A DNA stretch of 50,043 nt from positions 1-50,043 of the forward strand of contig CAZWFH010000001.1 of the NCBI GenBank assembly GCA_964632105.1, given 5' to 3'. This DNA comes from an uncultured Atribacterota bacterium (GTDB lineage: Bacteria; Atribacterota; Phoenicimicrobiia; Phoenicimicrobiales; Phoenicimicrobiaceae). Both the position numbers and the translations under genes were made by a program. Below, piece by piece: positions 16,000-26,240 of the stretch (its first letter is position 1; every line of letters begins with the position of its first letter). The notes below the pieces were generated by a model. That model did not search any database, was not told where the DNA came from, and was given only the letters and a program-made list of their open reading frames with translations.

Positions 16000-16134
16000 G
16001 ATTTTTTAAAATTCCGATGCCACAAAGTATAATTTTATCAAAGTTGTTACTTGGAAACGTTTCCAATTTATCTTAAAAAACAACTATTTATTTTCTATAT
16101 TAACATACTACTAATATAAATTGCAAATTATAAT

Positions 16135-17865
16135 TCAATAAATCTTTAACCATATAATTTGATATGGTTTTAGAGATATTTTTTCTGTATCTATTACTTT
16201 CTCAGAGATTATATCAAAATATTCTTTTTTATTTAACCCGTACTGATTTTTTACAAAACAACATTTCTGTATATTGTCTGTGACATTATGTAAGCTTATT
16301 ATTTTTTCCTTGCCATCCGGAGAAGTCCGTAATAAAGAAAATATTCCTCTCTTCAAAAATAATACTTCTTGTTTTCCATTGGGATGAAAGGCTTTTTCAT
16401 ATTTTCTTTTATTAATTAATTTCATGAACTCTGTAAATATTTTATGTTTTCTGGAATCCGAATTTGCTAAATTCTCTTTTAATTTATCATATTGAAATTT
16501 TCTTCGATTAATAGTTCTTCTCTGACCTGTTTTCTCTACTCCTTCCAGATAATTTTCCGTTCCGAACAGGCTATGGATATAGATTCCCGGAATACCTAAT
16601 AAAGATAATATTATTGCTTGCGAAGCGATAAATTTTTTTATATTTAATTTTTCACTATTTTTAGAATCGGCAATAGCGCTATAATAAGTAGAATTCATTT
16701 CGTATGGTTCTTCAACCCCATTTTTTGCAGTTTTATAAGATACAAATCCACCTCTTTCTTTTATATTATCTGCAATATCTCTTATTTCTTTGTCTGTTAA
16801 AATAGCTTTAACCGGAACAACCCCCAGACCGTCATGGGTAGCAAGCACATTAAAGAAAGCCGTTTTATCAGAAATATTCTCAATGCGGGATGCCCATTCA
16901 AGAAGGTGGGAGGCATCACCAGTACAGAAGGTATGTAATACTAATAAGGGGAGGGCAAATTGATATACCAATTGGACTTCATTGTAGCCATTGCCAAAAT
17001 AACTAATATTCTCTTTGTGCGGTACATTTGTCTGTGTAAGCAATAGTGTATCAGGATAAACTTCATTAAGAATAGCCCTAATTAATTGAATTATATAGTG
17101 CGTTTCTTTTAAGTTAATACAACTTGTCCCTAATATTTTCCAGATATGGCCGATTGCATCCAGGCGTATAACTCCGGCCCTTTTACTGGCATAAAATAAT
17201 ATTACATCGATGATCTCTAGTAGTACATTTTCATTTGCGAGATTAATGTCTATCTGGTCCGGACTATAAGTCGTCCAGAGATAAATTTCTTCCCCTTTTC
17301 TTTTAAATTTTGTTAATAACGGATGGGTTCTTGCCCTTGTAACTGAAGATAGATCAGCATCTTTATCAACACTAATAAAATAGTCATCATATTTGGGGTT
17401 ACCTTTTAGATATTCTTTAAACCATATGCTTTCAGAGGAAATATGATTGGCTACCAGGTCAAACATCAAATTGAATTTTTGACCTATATCCTCAATGTCT
17501 TTCCAATCTCCTAAATCTGGATTAACTTTTTTATAATCTATAACCGAAAATCCATCATCAGAAGAGTAAGGATAAAATGGTAGTATATGAATAATATTTA
17601 TTGCCTGATCAAGATATTCATCTGCAAATTTAAATAAGGATTGAAGGGGGTTTTTGTTGGTTGTTTGAATATTATCTCCATAGGTAATTAAGACAACGTC
17701 TTTTTCATTTAAATAACCAGCTTTTGTAATTTTGCTGGTACTATTCTTCTGATACCTATCGATTAATTCTTTAATTTTTTTATATATATTTTGAGCTCTA
17801 TCCTTACCATAAAGGAACCCCAGTTTGTTTATTATTGTTCCTCGACCTACTTTAGATACTGGCAT
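16135..17865 (-). CDS. GH13_18 sugar phosphorylase, YcjM/glucosylglycerate phosphorylase-like
   Basis: 576 aa. LPFYPYSSDDGFSVIDY, FDLVANHIS, IRLDAIGHIW, NVLATHDGLGV. Length and N-terminal extension resemble the glucosylglycerate phosphorylase clade as I recall it, not the ~490-aa sucrose phosphorylases. Confidence 0.75.
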   Translation of the reverse strand: MPVSKVGRGTIINKLGFLYGKDRAQNIYKKIKELIDRYQKNSTSKITKAGYLNEKDVVLITYGDNIQTTNKNPLQSLFKFADEYLDQAINIIHILPFYPYSSDDGFSVIDYKKVNPDLGDWKDIEDIGQKFNLMFDLVANHISSESIWFKEYLKGNPKYDDYFISVDKDADLSSVTRARTHPLLTKFKRKGEEIYLWTTYSPDQIDINLANENVLLEIIDVILFYASKRAGVIRLDAIGHIWKILGTSCINLKETHYIIQLIRAILNEVYPDTLLLTQTNVPHKENISYFGNGYNEVQLVYQFALPLLVLHTFCTGDASHLLEWASRIENISDKTAFFNVLATHDGLGVVPVKAILTDKEIRDIADNIKERGGFVSYKTAKNGVEEPYEMNSTYYSAIADSKNSEKLNIKKFIASQAIILSLLGIPGIYIHSLFGTENYLEGVEKTGQRRTINRRKFQYDKLKENLANSDSRKHKIFTEFMKLINKRKYEKAFHPNGKQEVLFLKRGIFSLLRTSPDGKEKIISLHNVTDNIQKCCFVKNQYGLNKKEYFDIISEKVIDTEKISLKPYQIIWLKIY

Positions 17866-17932
17866 ATTATAACACTTCTCCGATATGGTTTTTCAAAAAT
17901 AATAGCAGATTATTTAATAAGGTCCTATCGTT

Positions 17933-18946
17933 CTAAGTAGAATTTCTGATAATTAATTTTGGCTGAAAAATAATTCTTTGGTGTGTATAGTTCTCAGGAT
18001 TTTTCAAATGTTGATTCAAAATTTTTATTGCCCCTTCTGCCATCTTTTTTACAGACTGGCTAATTGTTGTCAAGGCTGGATAATAGTACTCTGATAATGG
18101 AATATTATCAATTCCAAGAATTGCAATATCCCGGGGTATTTTTAGTCCTTTTTCCTGAATAGCATGATAAACTCCTATTGCCCTCTGATCACCGGAGACA
18201 AAAAGGGCATCAGGAACTTCTTCTTCTAAAATATTCTTCATTTTTTCATAAGCAAATTTGGGGTTCATAATTCCATAATCAATATGCCTTAATTCACTCT
18301 TGATATGATAATCATTAAAAGCTTGAATAAATCCTTTTGCTCTATCCTGGTTTACCGTAAAATTTTCATCCCCCAAAAAAAATCGAATAGACTTATTCCC
18401 TCTTTTGATAAGATGCTCAGCTCCCAAATAACCTGCTTTAACATTATCAAGGTTAACAAAAGAAGTAGATTCATAGACATTATCCCTACCGACAATAACA
18501 AAAGGAATATCCCTTTCCACAAGATAGTCAATCCGGCGATCAATTTCCCGAGTATCAAAAATTATAGCACCGTCTGCAAAGCCATTTTTAAGCAAATAAA
18601 AACCATCATGTTTATTTTCTTCAACTTTGGAAGCTGAAGACTTTGAAACTATTAATTTATACCCTAATCTATTGGCTTCACTATCTAAAAACCGGATAAA
18701 AACATTATGGAAATTTCCTATATAATTTGCCGCATTTTTTTCTACAAAGACCATCAAAATCCCGGTTGTTTTTTTTCTAAGTGATCTGGCAATAAGATTA
18801 ACCTGGTACCCGGTTGATTTAATGATTTTTAATATTTTATCTCTTGTTTCTTTCTTTACTTTTTTTTCTTCATTTACAACTCTGGAAACCGTCCGTGGGG
18901 AAACGTTGGCGATTTTTGCGATGTCTTTAACAGTATATTCCTTTAT
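17933..18946 (-). CDS. LacI/GalR family regulator whose HTH lies upstream of the track ORF; no canonical start codon
   Basis: The minus frame upstream of 18757 reads KEYTVKDIAKIANVSPRTVSRVVNEEKKVKKETRDKILKIIKSTGYQVNLIARSLRKK, in frame with the track ORF. RBS GGGGGTGA lies 7 nt before an ATA codon at 18946-18944. No ATG, GTG or TTG occurs between the upstream stop and the HTH. Confidence 0.75.
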   Translation of the reverse strand: MKEYTVKDIAKIANVSPRTVSRVVNEEKKVKKETRDKILKIIKSTGYQVNLIARSLRKKTTGILMVFVEKNAANYIGNFHNVFIRFLDSEANRLGYKLIVSKSSASKVEENKHDGFYLLKNGFADGAIIFDTREIDRRIDYLVERDIPFVIVGRDNVYESTSFVNLDNVKAGYLGAEHLIKRGNKSIRFFLGDENFTVNQDRAKGFIQAFNDYHIKSELRHIDYGIMNPKFAYEKMKNILEEEVPDALFVSGDQRAIGVYHAIQEKGLKIPRDIAILGIDNIPLSEYYYPALTTISQSVKKMAEGAIKILNQHLKNPENYTHQRIIFQPKLIIRNST

Positions 18947-18969
18947 TTCAAATCACCCCCATAAAATCA

Positions 18970-20313
18970 TTATACAATCATTTTTAATTTTTCTTCTAAG
19001 CTTTCATGGGAAAAAAATTTCCTTCCTAATTGGAAATTTTTTTCAACTATCTTTCCTCTGTAATATTTATCTATAAGTAATTTTATACATTCTCCAGCAG
19101 CACGCTTTATTACTCCTTCACTTACCTTTGCCAGGCCGTATTTATCAAGCTCGTATTTGTCTCCTAAAGAAATGACTTTAAATCCTTTTCCTTTGATATC
19201 TTCTTTGTAAACATTGTATTCAAATACTAACATCGGTTTTTTAGCAAATAAATCTTCTAAAAACTGATTTCCCCATCCCTCCTGAATGCTCGGATAGGTT
19301 ACTATATCTGCAAAAACATACGTATCCCATAAGGAATATATCTTGTTATTGTTTTTTGTACATCTTGAATGTTCAACCAGACTATTGACAAACAGCAATT
19401 CTACATTGCTTTCTTTGGCCCTGGTTTTAAGCCTTTCAACATAATCATCTGCAGTCTCTATCATCCCCGCTAAAACGAGTACGATCCTGCTATTCTCTTC
19501 AAAACTTTGCCCATTATATAATTTTGCTTCTTCGAGTTTCTTCCTATTTTCTTTTTTCTGCATTTCCTCAACCACATCTATAGCCAGTTCAATTGCTTTT
19601 CTATTAGTTACCCTAGTTGCCTGCAGCATAAGAATATCATTATCTTTAATGCCTAATTTTTCTCTAAAATCTTTATTGTAATTATCAGTTTCCCATAACT
19701 TCTCATTAAAATCAAATACATTAGGTATAATAACAGAATCCAAACCTCTTCTCGCTTTTAATTCCTTTTGGACAATACTATTAATTACTACATGTGAAAT
19801 CAAATCATCTTTTGGGGGATAGTATTCCTCCAGAGCTTTGCGAACGAAATTGCATGTTGGATGAGAAAAATTTTTCCTTTCCCAGTAAAAATCATGATGA
19901 TGTCCGATACATCTAATACCCAATTCCTTAATGACGTTAGTGAACGCCATAGCAGTAGGGATGCTTCTGCCGATTGATAAAATATTATTGGGAATAATTA
20001 AATCTATCTTATTTTCTATTAAGATTTTTTTCAAATTTTCTTCAATTTTCAAAGTTTGCCTTCTTATGGCTTCTATTAATTCGTCCTCATCCTGATAGTC
20101 TTCTAATTTTAAATAGGCATTTCTTTCAATTTTCAAATCCTCTTTAAACCTATAATTCATTTCCGGTATAATATAACCATCAGATGTCCCTGTACTGCCG
20201 GCAATAAAATATACTTTATGTCCCATATTTTCTAAAACTTTTTTCCATTTATCCATCTCCAGGGAAACCCCATCAGTTTCACCAACCCGGTAATGACATA
20301 ACGCTATATTCAT
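18970..20313 (-). CDS. GT4-like (GT-B fold) glycosyltransferase
   Basis: 447 aa with two Rossmann-like halves. C-terminal FADIVTYPSIQEGWGNQFLED resembles the E-x7-E region of retaining GT4 enzymes. Confidence 0.65.
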   Translation of the reverse strand: MNIALCHYRVGETDGVSLEMDKWKKVLENMGHKVYFIAGSTGTSDGYIIPEMNYRFKEDLKIERNAYLKLEDYQDEDELIEAIRRQTLKIEENLKKILIENKIDLIIPNNILSIGRSIPTAMAFTNVIKELGIRCIGHHHDFYWERKNFSHPTCNFVRKALEEYYPPKDDLISHVVINSIVQKELKARRGLDSVIIPNVFDFNEKLWETDNYNKDFREKLGIKDNDILMLQATRVTNRKAIELAIDVVEEMQKKENRKKLEEAKLYNGQSFEENSRIVLVLAGMIETADDYVERLKTRAKESNVELLFVNSLVEHSRCTKNNNKIYSLWDTYVFADIVTYPSIQEGWGNQFLEDLFAKKPMLVFEYNVYKEDIKGKGFKVISLGDKYELDKYGLAKVSEGVIKRAAGECIKLLIDKYYRGKIVEKNFQLGRKFFSHESLEEKLKMIV

Positions 20314-20338
20314 GCTATCCTTCCTTTATATAATAATT

Positions 20339-21424
20339 CTATATCTCCTCATGACTTTCATAATTAAAAAATAATATTTTTTCCTGCTTAAAATTAATAA
20401 AAAATATGTCCTCAGGTTTGATTTTTGTTTCACCCGAAATAACTAATTTTGCTATTTTACCATTAATCTTAAAAACAATTACTTGATGGGACCCTTGAGG
20501 CTCAACTAATAAACACTTTACTTTCATAATAGCATCCTTTTCGTCAGCAACCATTATATTTTCAGGTCTGATACCGATTATCATTTTTCCATTATTATAA
20601 TCTTTTAATTGGTGAGCTATTTTATCATTTAAGATAATTTTAAAATCAGGATTAACCAGATTATATTTGCCATCTTTTATGGTTATAGTGACCTCTATAA
20701 AATTAGTAGGAGGCATACCTATAAAATTAGCTACAAACATATTTTTGCAATTGTGATAGACCTCATCAGTTGTTCCGGTCTGAACAATCTCCCCATCCTT
20801 CATAATCACAATTCTATCAGCCAGGCTCATAGCTTCAGATTGGTCATGTGTTACAAAAATTGTGGTTGCCTTTGTCTTTTTATGAATTTCCTTAAGTTCT
20901 GTTCGCATATAAACTCTTAATATAGCATCAAGATTGGATAAAGGTTCATCCATTAAAAAGATTCTAGGTTTAACTGCAACTGCTCTTGCTACAGCAACAC
21001 GCTGTCTTTGGCCACCCGATAATTGATTCGGGTAACGTTCAAGATATATAGATATGTCAGTCATTTCTGCGACTTCTTTAACAATTTTATCAATCTCCTT
21101 TTTAGACATCTTTTTTAATTTTAAGGCATAAGCTATGTTTTGATAAACCGTCATATGAGGCCAAACTGCATAACTTTGAAAAATCATACTCATATTCCTC
21201 TTCCAGGGTGGTAAATTTGTTATATCCTCTTCATCTATGGTAATTCTTCCCTTAGTAACCTCTTCAAGGCCAGCGATCATTCGTAAAGTTGTCGTTTTAC
21301 CACATCCCGATGGACCTAATAAAACCAGGAATTCTCCATCATGAACTTCCAGGCTTATATCTTTCACAGCTAAAATATTTTTACCAAATCTCTTGGTGAT
21401 ATGGTTTAATTTTAAATTAGCCAT
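20339..21424 (-). CDS. Sugar ABC transporter ATP-binding protein (MalK/UgpC/MsmX type)
   Basis: Walker A GPSGCGKTT, signature LSGGQRQRVA, Walker B IFLMDEP, and a C-terminal TOBE-like domain. Confidence 0.9.
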   Translation of the reverse strand: MANLKLNHITKRFGKNILAVKDISLEVHDGEFLVLLGPSGCGKTTTLRMIAGLEEVTKGRITIDEEDITNLPPWKRNMSMIFQSYAVWPHMTVYQNIAYALKLKKMSKKEIDKIVKEVAEMTDISIYLERYPNQLSGGQRQRVAVARAVAVKPRIFLMDEPLSNLDAILRVYMRTELKEIHKKTKATTIFVTHDQSEAMSLADRIVIMKDGEIVQTGTTDEVYHNCKNMFVANFIGMPPTNFIEVTITIKDGKYNLVNPDFKIILNDKIAHQLKDYNNGKMIIGIRPENIMVADEKDAIMKVKCLLVEPQGSHQVIVFKINGKIAKLVISGETKIKPEDIFFINFKQEKILFFNYESHEEI

Positions 21425-21452
21425 AATTCTCTCCTTTTAATAAGTAATTTTT

Positions 21453-22514
21453 TTAAATTTTAACTCCACCCCACATCTGATTAATATACTTGCGAATAAA
21501 TAAGGTAAAGAGTACCATCGGTATGGCCATTAAGATTCCCCCTGCTGCCGCTAAATTTACCTGATCGACAGCACCAAGTACGCTTTGATAGACAACAACA
21601 GCAAAAGTAGGATTAAATTGGGTTAAAATAATCGCTGAAACAGTTTCGTTCCATGCCCCTATAAAGGCAAACATTGCACATGCTGCTAAACCAGGCAAAG
21701 CAAGTGGTATGGTAATATTAATAAAAGTCCTTAATTTCGTTGCTCCAAATATCTGTGCTACTTCTTCTAATTCAACAGGGATACCCAAAAAAATACTCGC
21801 AGTAATCCAGATGGTAAGAGCAATGGTTCCTACCGAATATACCAGTGATAAGCCAATCGGTTTATCATAAAACCCTATTGTAGCAAGGATTATAACCATA
21901 GGCATAGCAATGGCAACAGCCGGAAAAACCCTTACAAATAGAACGCTGACTTTCAAGGCGTTCTTCCCTATAAAAATATATCTGGCAAAAGCATATCCTG
22001 CCATTCCTCCGATTGATAAAGAGATAAGAATTGTAAGGCCCGCTACCTGAAGGCTTCTAATTAGGGCGGGGATAGCATCGCGAGTTATAGCAAAAAATGT
22101 TTTATAATTATGTAGAAGTCCTTTATAGCTTTTAAAATAAACCTCATTTTGCTGATCTAATTTCGAAATATAATTTTCCAGCTTTTCTACAGAAACATCC
22201 ACACTTAACTGCAATTTCATATATCTTGACATTTTTTCTATATTCTTGGTATCAATCATAGTTTGATATTCTCTATCCCCTTTCTCGTAAATGGATAGTA
22301 AATAACCTTTATCCCCTTTTTCTAATTTAAATTCAGAAGAAATTGCCGGTACCAGCGGGAGAGGATATTGATAGGCTTCTCTTGAGGATAAAAACGATAA
22401 AGAAACCAGAAAATATAATGGCGTAATTATTATTATGCCTATGCCTGTTATTAAAATATAAAAAAGAGTTTTTTTAGCAAATTTAGAGACAGTACTTTCC
22501 CACATTTTTTTCAC
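21453..22514 (-). CDS. Carbohydrate ABC permease with a ~100-aa extracytoplasmic insertion after TM1
   Basis: 353 aa with an EAA-like loop (LEEVAQIFGATKLRTFINITIPLALPG). Overlaps the upstream permease by 4 nt. Confidence 0.85.
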   Translation of the reverse strand: MKKMWESTVSKFAKKTLFYILITGIGIIIITPLYFLVSLSFLSSREAYQYPLPLVPAISSEFKLEKGDKGYLLSIYEKGDREYQTMIDTKNIEKMSRYMKLQLSVDVSVEKLENYISKLDQQNEVYFKSYKGLLHNYKTFFAITRDAIPALIRSLQVAGLTILISLSIGGMAGYAFARYIFIGKNALKVSVLFVRVFPAVAIAMPMVIILATIGFYDKPIGLSLVYSVGTIALTIWITASIFLGIPVELEEVAQIFGATKLRTFINITIPLALPGLAACAMFAFIGAWNETVSAIILTQFNPTFAVVVYQSVLGAVDQVNLAAAGGILMAIPMVLFTLFIRKYINQMWGGVKI

Positions 22515-23458
22515 ACCACTTCCTTCTTGCTTATATCAAATGCACCTGAAACTTTTAAATAGACTACTGCCGCTATAGTTACGATTATAGAAGTTATGAC
22601 CGCATAGGTCGAAGCTATTTGATAGCTGTTGTCGAGGCGTGATAATTCCTCTTTATAATAGATTACCCTTTCCAGTAAAAGTGGAATTCTGTCAAATCCA
22701 AAAAGTATGACCACAATAAGCCAGATTTGAATGGCCGAAATTAATCTCAAGATAACTGCTGTTATAATGGTTGGTTTAAGCATCGGTATGGTAATCTGTC
22801 TTAAAACTGTTAATCCATTTCCTCCGAAAATATATCCTGCTTCCTTAGCTTCTTTAGATAAATTTTGTAATCCGGCAAGTAAGATTATCATCATCGATGG
22901 TATTACCTGCCAGGTATCAATAATAATAATTAACCACAAAATCGAAAATTTAGATCCGGATAAAAATAATAATTTCTCCCCTTTTTCTAAAAAACCTAAA
23001 TAATAAAGTAGGCTATTCATCCAACCATATGTGGTTAGCCCGGTTTTCCATATTGCAGCGGCTCCAACAGCTGGAATCGCCATGGGGACCATGGCAATAA
23101 ATAGGAAAATCGCTGAACCTTTAAATTTTTTATTAATCAATAAAGCCAGAGCTAAAGCGAAAAAAAACTCTATCACAATCGAGATACCCGCAATAAAAGC
23201 AGTATTCCCAAATGCTTCCCCAAAAGAAGTAGTAGTGAAAACATTAATGTAGTTCTGTAAAGTAAAACTTCCATCTACACCCTTAAAGCTACTATAAATA
23301 GAGGTGATAACCGGGTTAAGCCAGAAGAAGATATAGTAAATTACAGTCGGAGCAATTAACAAATAGGGGGTCCAGTTTTTATTTTTCTTCAAATTCGAAA
23401 GGTTAATTGTGTCCACTCCTTTCAATAAATTAGACGGGGGGATTATAATTTCTGTCAC
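22511..23458 (-). CDS. Carbohydrate ABC permease
   Basis: 315 aa, 6 TM, EAA loop KEAKEAGYIFGGNGLTVLRQITIPMLKP. Confidence 0.85.
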   Translation of the reverse strand: MTEIIIPPSNLLKGVDTINLSNLKKNKNWTPYLLIAPTVIYYIFFWLNPVITSIYSSFKGVDGSFTLQNYINVFTTTSFGEAFGNTAFIAGISIVIEFFFALALALLINKKFKGSAIFLFIAMVPMAIPAVGAAAIWKTGLTTYGWMNSLLYYLGFLEKGEKLLFLSGSKFSILWLIIIIDTWQVIPSMMIILLAGLQNLSKEAKEAGYIFGGNGLTVLRQITIPMLKPTIITAVILRLISAIQIWLIVVILFGFDRIPLLLERVIYYKEELSRLDNSYQIASTYAVITSIIVTIAAVVYLKVSGAFDISKKEVV

Positions 23459-23475
23459 ATATAACTTATCAAATA

Positions 23476-23510
23476 ATATAACCGAGGAAATTATGTTTCC
23501 TCGGTTATAT
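23476..23510 (-). promoter_or_regulatory. Intercistronic stem-loop between the binding-protein and permease genes
   Basis: ATATAACCGAGGAAA-TTATG-TTTCCTCGGTTATAT: a 15-bp perfect stem. Confidence 0.5.
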
Positions 23511-23549
23511 TATTTTTATGAAATGAGAAAATATCTAAAACTGATTTAT

Positions 23550-24791
23550 CTACTTCCTCAAAGCATCTAATTTGACTTTTGCTTCATCTAAAAGGGTTTT
23601 ATTCACAGTTCCATCACCATTTAAGACCATTTCAACAAAGACATCATCAAATACTTGCTTAACTGCTCCCCAATCCTGGAAATCCCCACCGGGAACACCA
23701 GAGACCCTGCCTTTACTTAGAACCATAACAGCCTTTGCAACTACTTCATCTTCCGGGTCATCACCTAAATAATTAAGCGCTTCTTCTACTGGAGGGATAA
23801 ACCCACCGGTACCTTTAGCAATTTTAACCTGCATATCAGGTCTGGTAATATATTCAAGGAATTTTATTGCCAAGTCTTTATGTGGGGCATTTTTCAAAAT
23901 ACCGTATCCACTGACTCCTGCAATACTACCGATACCTGCAGGACCTTCCGGTACTGGAGCTACTACAAAATTAGCTGGATTCGAACTATAGACCTGGCCG
24001 GCACGGGCACAATGCATCCAGCTTAACCATGCTTCTTGCCTTTTCATAGGGGCAACACAAGAATCTATGTTTAATACAGCGGGAATAAAGTCATCTTTCA
24101 TTGAAACCAATACTTCCCACGCCTTTATTGCTTCAGGAGTATTGATATCCGGGAAAGTTGCCCCATAAGATAAGGATATTGCTCCAAATTGGTATACAAG
24201 AGATTTCATCGGAATACCTGTTACCACAGTTTTTCCTTCGCCTTCACCTTTAGCAATAGCATTTGACCATTTTGCAAAATCTTCCCAGGTTAACTTATCC
24301 AGGTCAGCATCTTTGGATAAATATTTTACGGCTTTCTTATTAGCAATGGTAAGATAAACATCAGCGCCTACCGGGATAAAATACTGTTTGCCTTCAAAGT
24401 TTGTACCATATTCAAATGTTGGACTAAAATGCCGGTCATTCCATGATTTAACATTGGAAGTTAAATCTTCTATATATCCGTTCTCAATCCACTCAGGCAT
24501 ATTAGCAACATAGGCACAAACAATATCCATGGTGGGATGATCAGTTTTTAGTTGAAGCTCTGCTCTTTCTAATAGCTTTTTATCATCCAGGATTTGAAAA
24601 TTAACTATGCAATTGTTTTCTTTCTCGAAAGGTTTAATTACATAGTCGATGATAAATTCCTGTTCCGCAGGAGGGCTCCATAATCTTGAAGAAAATGAAA
24701 GCACCTCTTTGTCAGCAGCCAGAGCAAAAGTACCTAAAACCATCACCAGCAAAATACTAATAAATACTACCGAAAACAATCTACTCTTCAT
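23550..24791 (-). CDS. Extracellular solute-binding protein of a sugar ABC importer
   Basis: ATG 24791 follows AAGGAGG. Signal peptide MKSRLFSVVFISILLVMVLGTFALA, then a family-1 SBP-like sequence. Confidence 0.85.
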   Translation of the reverse strand: MKSRLFSVVFISILLVMVLGTFALAADKEVLSFSSRLWSPPAEQEFIIDYVIKPFEKENNCIVNFQILDDKKLLERAELQLKTDHPTMDIVCAYVANMPEWIENGYIEDLTSNVKSWNDRHFSPTFEYGTNFEGKQYFIPVGADVYLTIANKKAVKYLSKDADLDKLTWEDFAKWSNAIAKGEGEGKTVVTGIPMKSLVYQFGAISLSYGATFPDINTPEAIKAWEVLVSMKDDFIPAVLNIDSCVAPMKRQEAWLSWMHCARAGQVYSSNPANFVVAPVPEGPAGIGSIAGVSGYGILKNAPHKDLAIKFLEYITRPDMQVKIAKGTGGFIPPVEEALNYLGDDPEDEVVAKAVMVLSKGRVSGVPGGDFQDWGAVKQVFDDVFVEMVLNGDGTVNKTLLDEAKVKLDALRK

Positions 24792-24976
24792 AACAATTAT
24801 CCTCCTTAAATTAATATATTTTATCAGCGACAACATTTAAATACAATTTTAGTGTGTAATTTTTAATAATGCCATCGTTGACATTATTCATATTAACATA
24901 GTGATAAATAAATTGCAAATTTTAAATCACTTTTTTTCTGCAGAACGAATTTTATAGTAGTTAGTACAATTTAAGA

Positions 24977-26212
24977 TTATTTAAACTTATTACTCCCCTG
25001 ATATATCCTCATTTTTAAAGCTAACCTCAGTTGCACTGCATCATCAAACTTTTTTGGGTCTAAACTAGTTATCTCTTTAACCCTTCTTAATCTATAAAGC
25101 AAAGTATTACGATGTACATAGATAGCTTGAGCAGTTTTTGAAATACTTAAATTATTATCAAAAAAGGCTTTTAAAGTTTCTAATAATGTTTCGTTTATTT
25201 TCTTCTCTTTATTATTTTTTGTAGAATAAATAGTTTTTCCCATAAATTCTTGTTGACTTTCTTCTCTTATTTCTGCTAACAGCTTGCCTACACCCAGATT
25301 GTCTACATGATAAATATCTCCCGCCCCTTCCAATTTAGTCCCTACATCTAATGCCTGGGTAGCTTCTTTAAATGATTTATTTAAACCTTGAATACCTCCA
25401 TGATATTCTCCGATTCCGATGGTTACTTTAAATTTCATTTTCTGAGAAATGGTATCTTTTATTCTCTTTCCAATTCTAAATAATTTTCTTCTTAGAATTT
25501 CATCTGAATCTTTAAGATAAATAGTTTTCAGAACTACAAATCTATCCCCCCCCGTATAAGTTACAATTTCCTGGGGGGTATCCACAAATATCCCTTGAAT
25601 AGTTTTTAATACATCATTCTTTAATCTTTGTAAATGAATTTCTCCTTCTTTCGACCCTTTGAATACCTGCAAACTCTGCTTAGCGGTCTTTTCAAACTGA
25701 TAAATATCCATAACTAAGGCTACTCGGGGAATTAGGATATCATACCCCACAATTTGCCCTCGAGTTAAAAATAAATCTGAATCATTTCCAATTCTTCCGG
25801 AGATTAAATCTTGAATAAAATTTTCTCGAGCTTGTTGCTCTAATTGTAATTCCTTTAATAAAAATTCCTGCTCTAGCATCATCTCAACAGTCATCTTTAT
25901 CACTTCACCAAAAGGGCTAACTTCGTTTGGCTCACCGGTAATACCCACCACCCCAATAATTTTGTTATTATGTTCTATGGGGAGATTAATCCCTGGCTTT
26001 GCTCCTACTAAATGATTTATATCTTTGGAATAGATTTCTAACTTCTTCCCTTCTTTAATTACCTGAGCTGCCCCTTCATGAAATTGATTTAAACGACTTT
26101 TATCTCCTGAACCGATAATTACTCCTTCTTCGTTCATAATATTAATGTTTTTCCCCAAAATACTCATGGTTTTATCAACTATATCTTGTGCTAATTGATG
26201 GATAATCTTCAT
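24977..26212 (-). CDS. CdaR/PucR-type sugar-diacid regulator
   Basis: N-terminal diacid-recognition-like domain (IAQDIVDKTMSILGKNINIMNEEGVIIGSGDKSRLNQFHEGA). C-terminal PucR HTH (ISKTAQAIYVHRNTLLYRLRRV). Confidence 0.8.
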   Translation of the reverse strand: MKIIHQLAQDIVDKTMSILGKNINIMNEEGVIIGSGDKSRLNQFHEGAAQVIKEGKKLEIYSKDINHLVGAKPGINLPIEHNNKIIGVVGITGEPNEVSPFGEVIKMTVEMMLEQEFLLKELQLEQQARENFIQDLISGRIGNDSDLFLTRGQIVGYDILIPRVALVMDIYQFEKTAKQSLQVFKGSKEGEIHLQRLKNDVLKTIQGIFVDTPQEIVTYTGGDRFVVLKTIYLKDSDEILRRKLFRIGKRIKDTISQKMKFKVTIGIGEYHGGIQGLNKSFKEATQALDVGTKLEGAGDIYHVDNLGVGKLLAEIREESQQEFMGKTIYSTKNNKEKKINETLLETLKAFFDNNLSISKTAQAIYVHRNTLLYRLRRVKEITSLDPKKFDDAVQLRLALKMRIYQGSNKFK

Positions 26213-26240
26213 CAGTTACCACCTCCCTTTTAATAAAATT

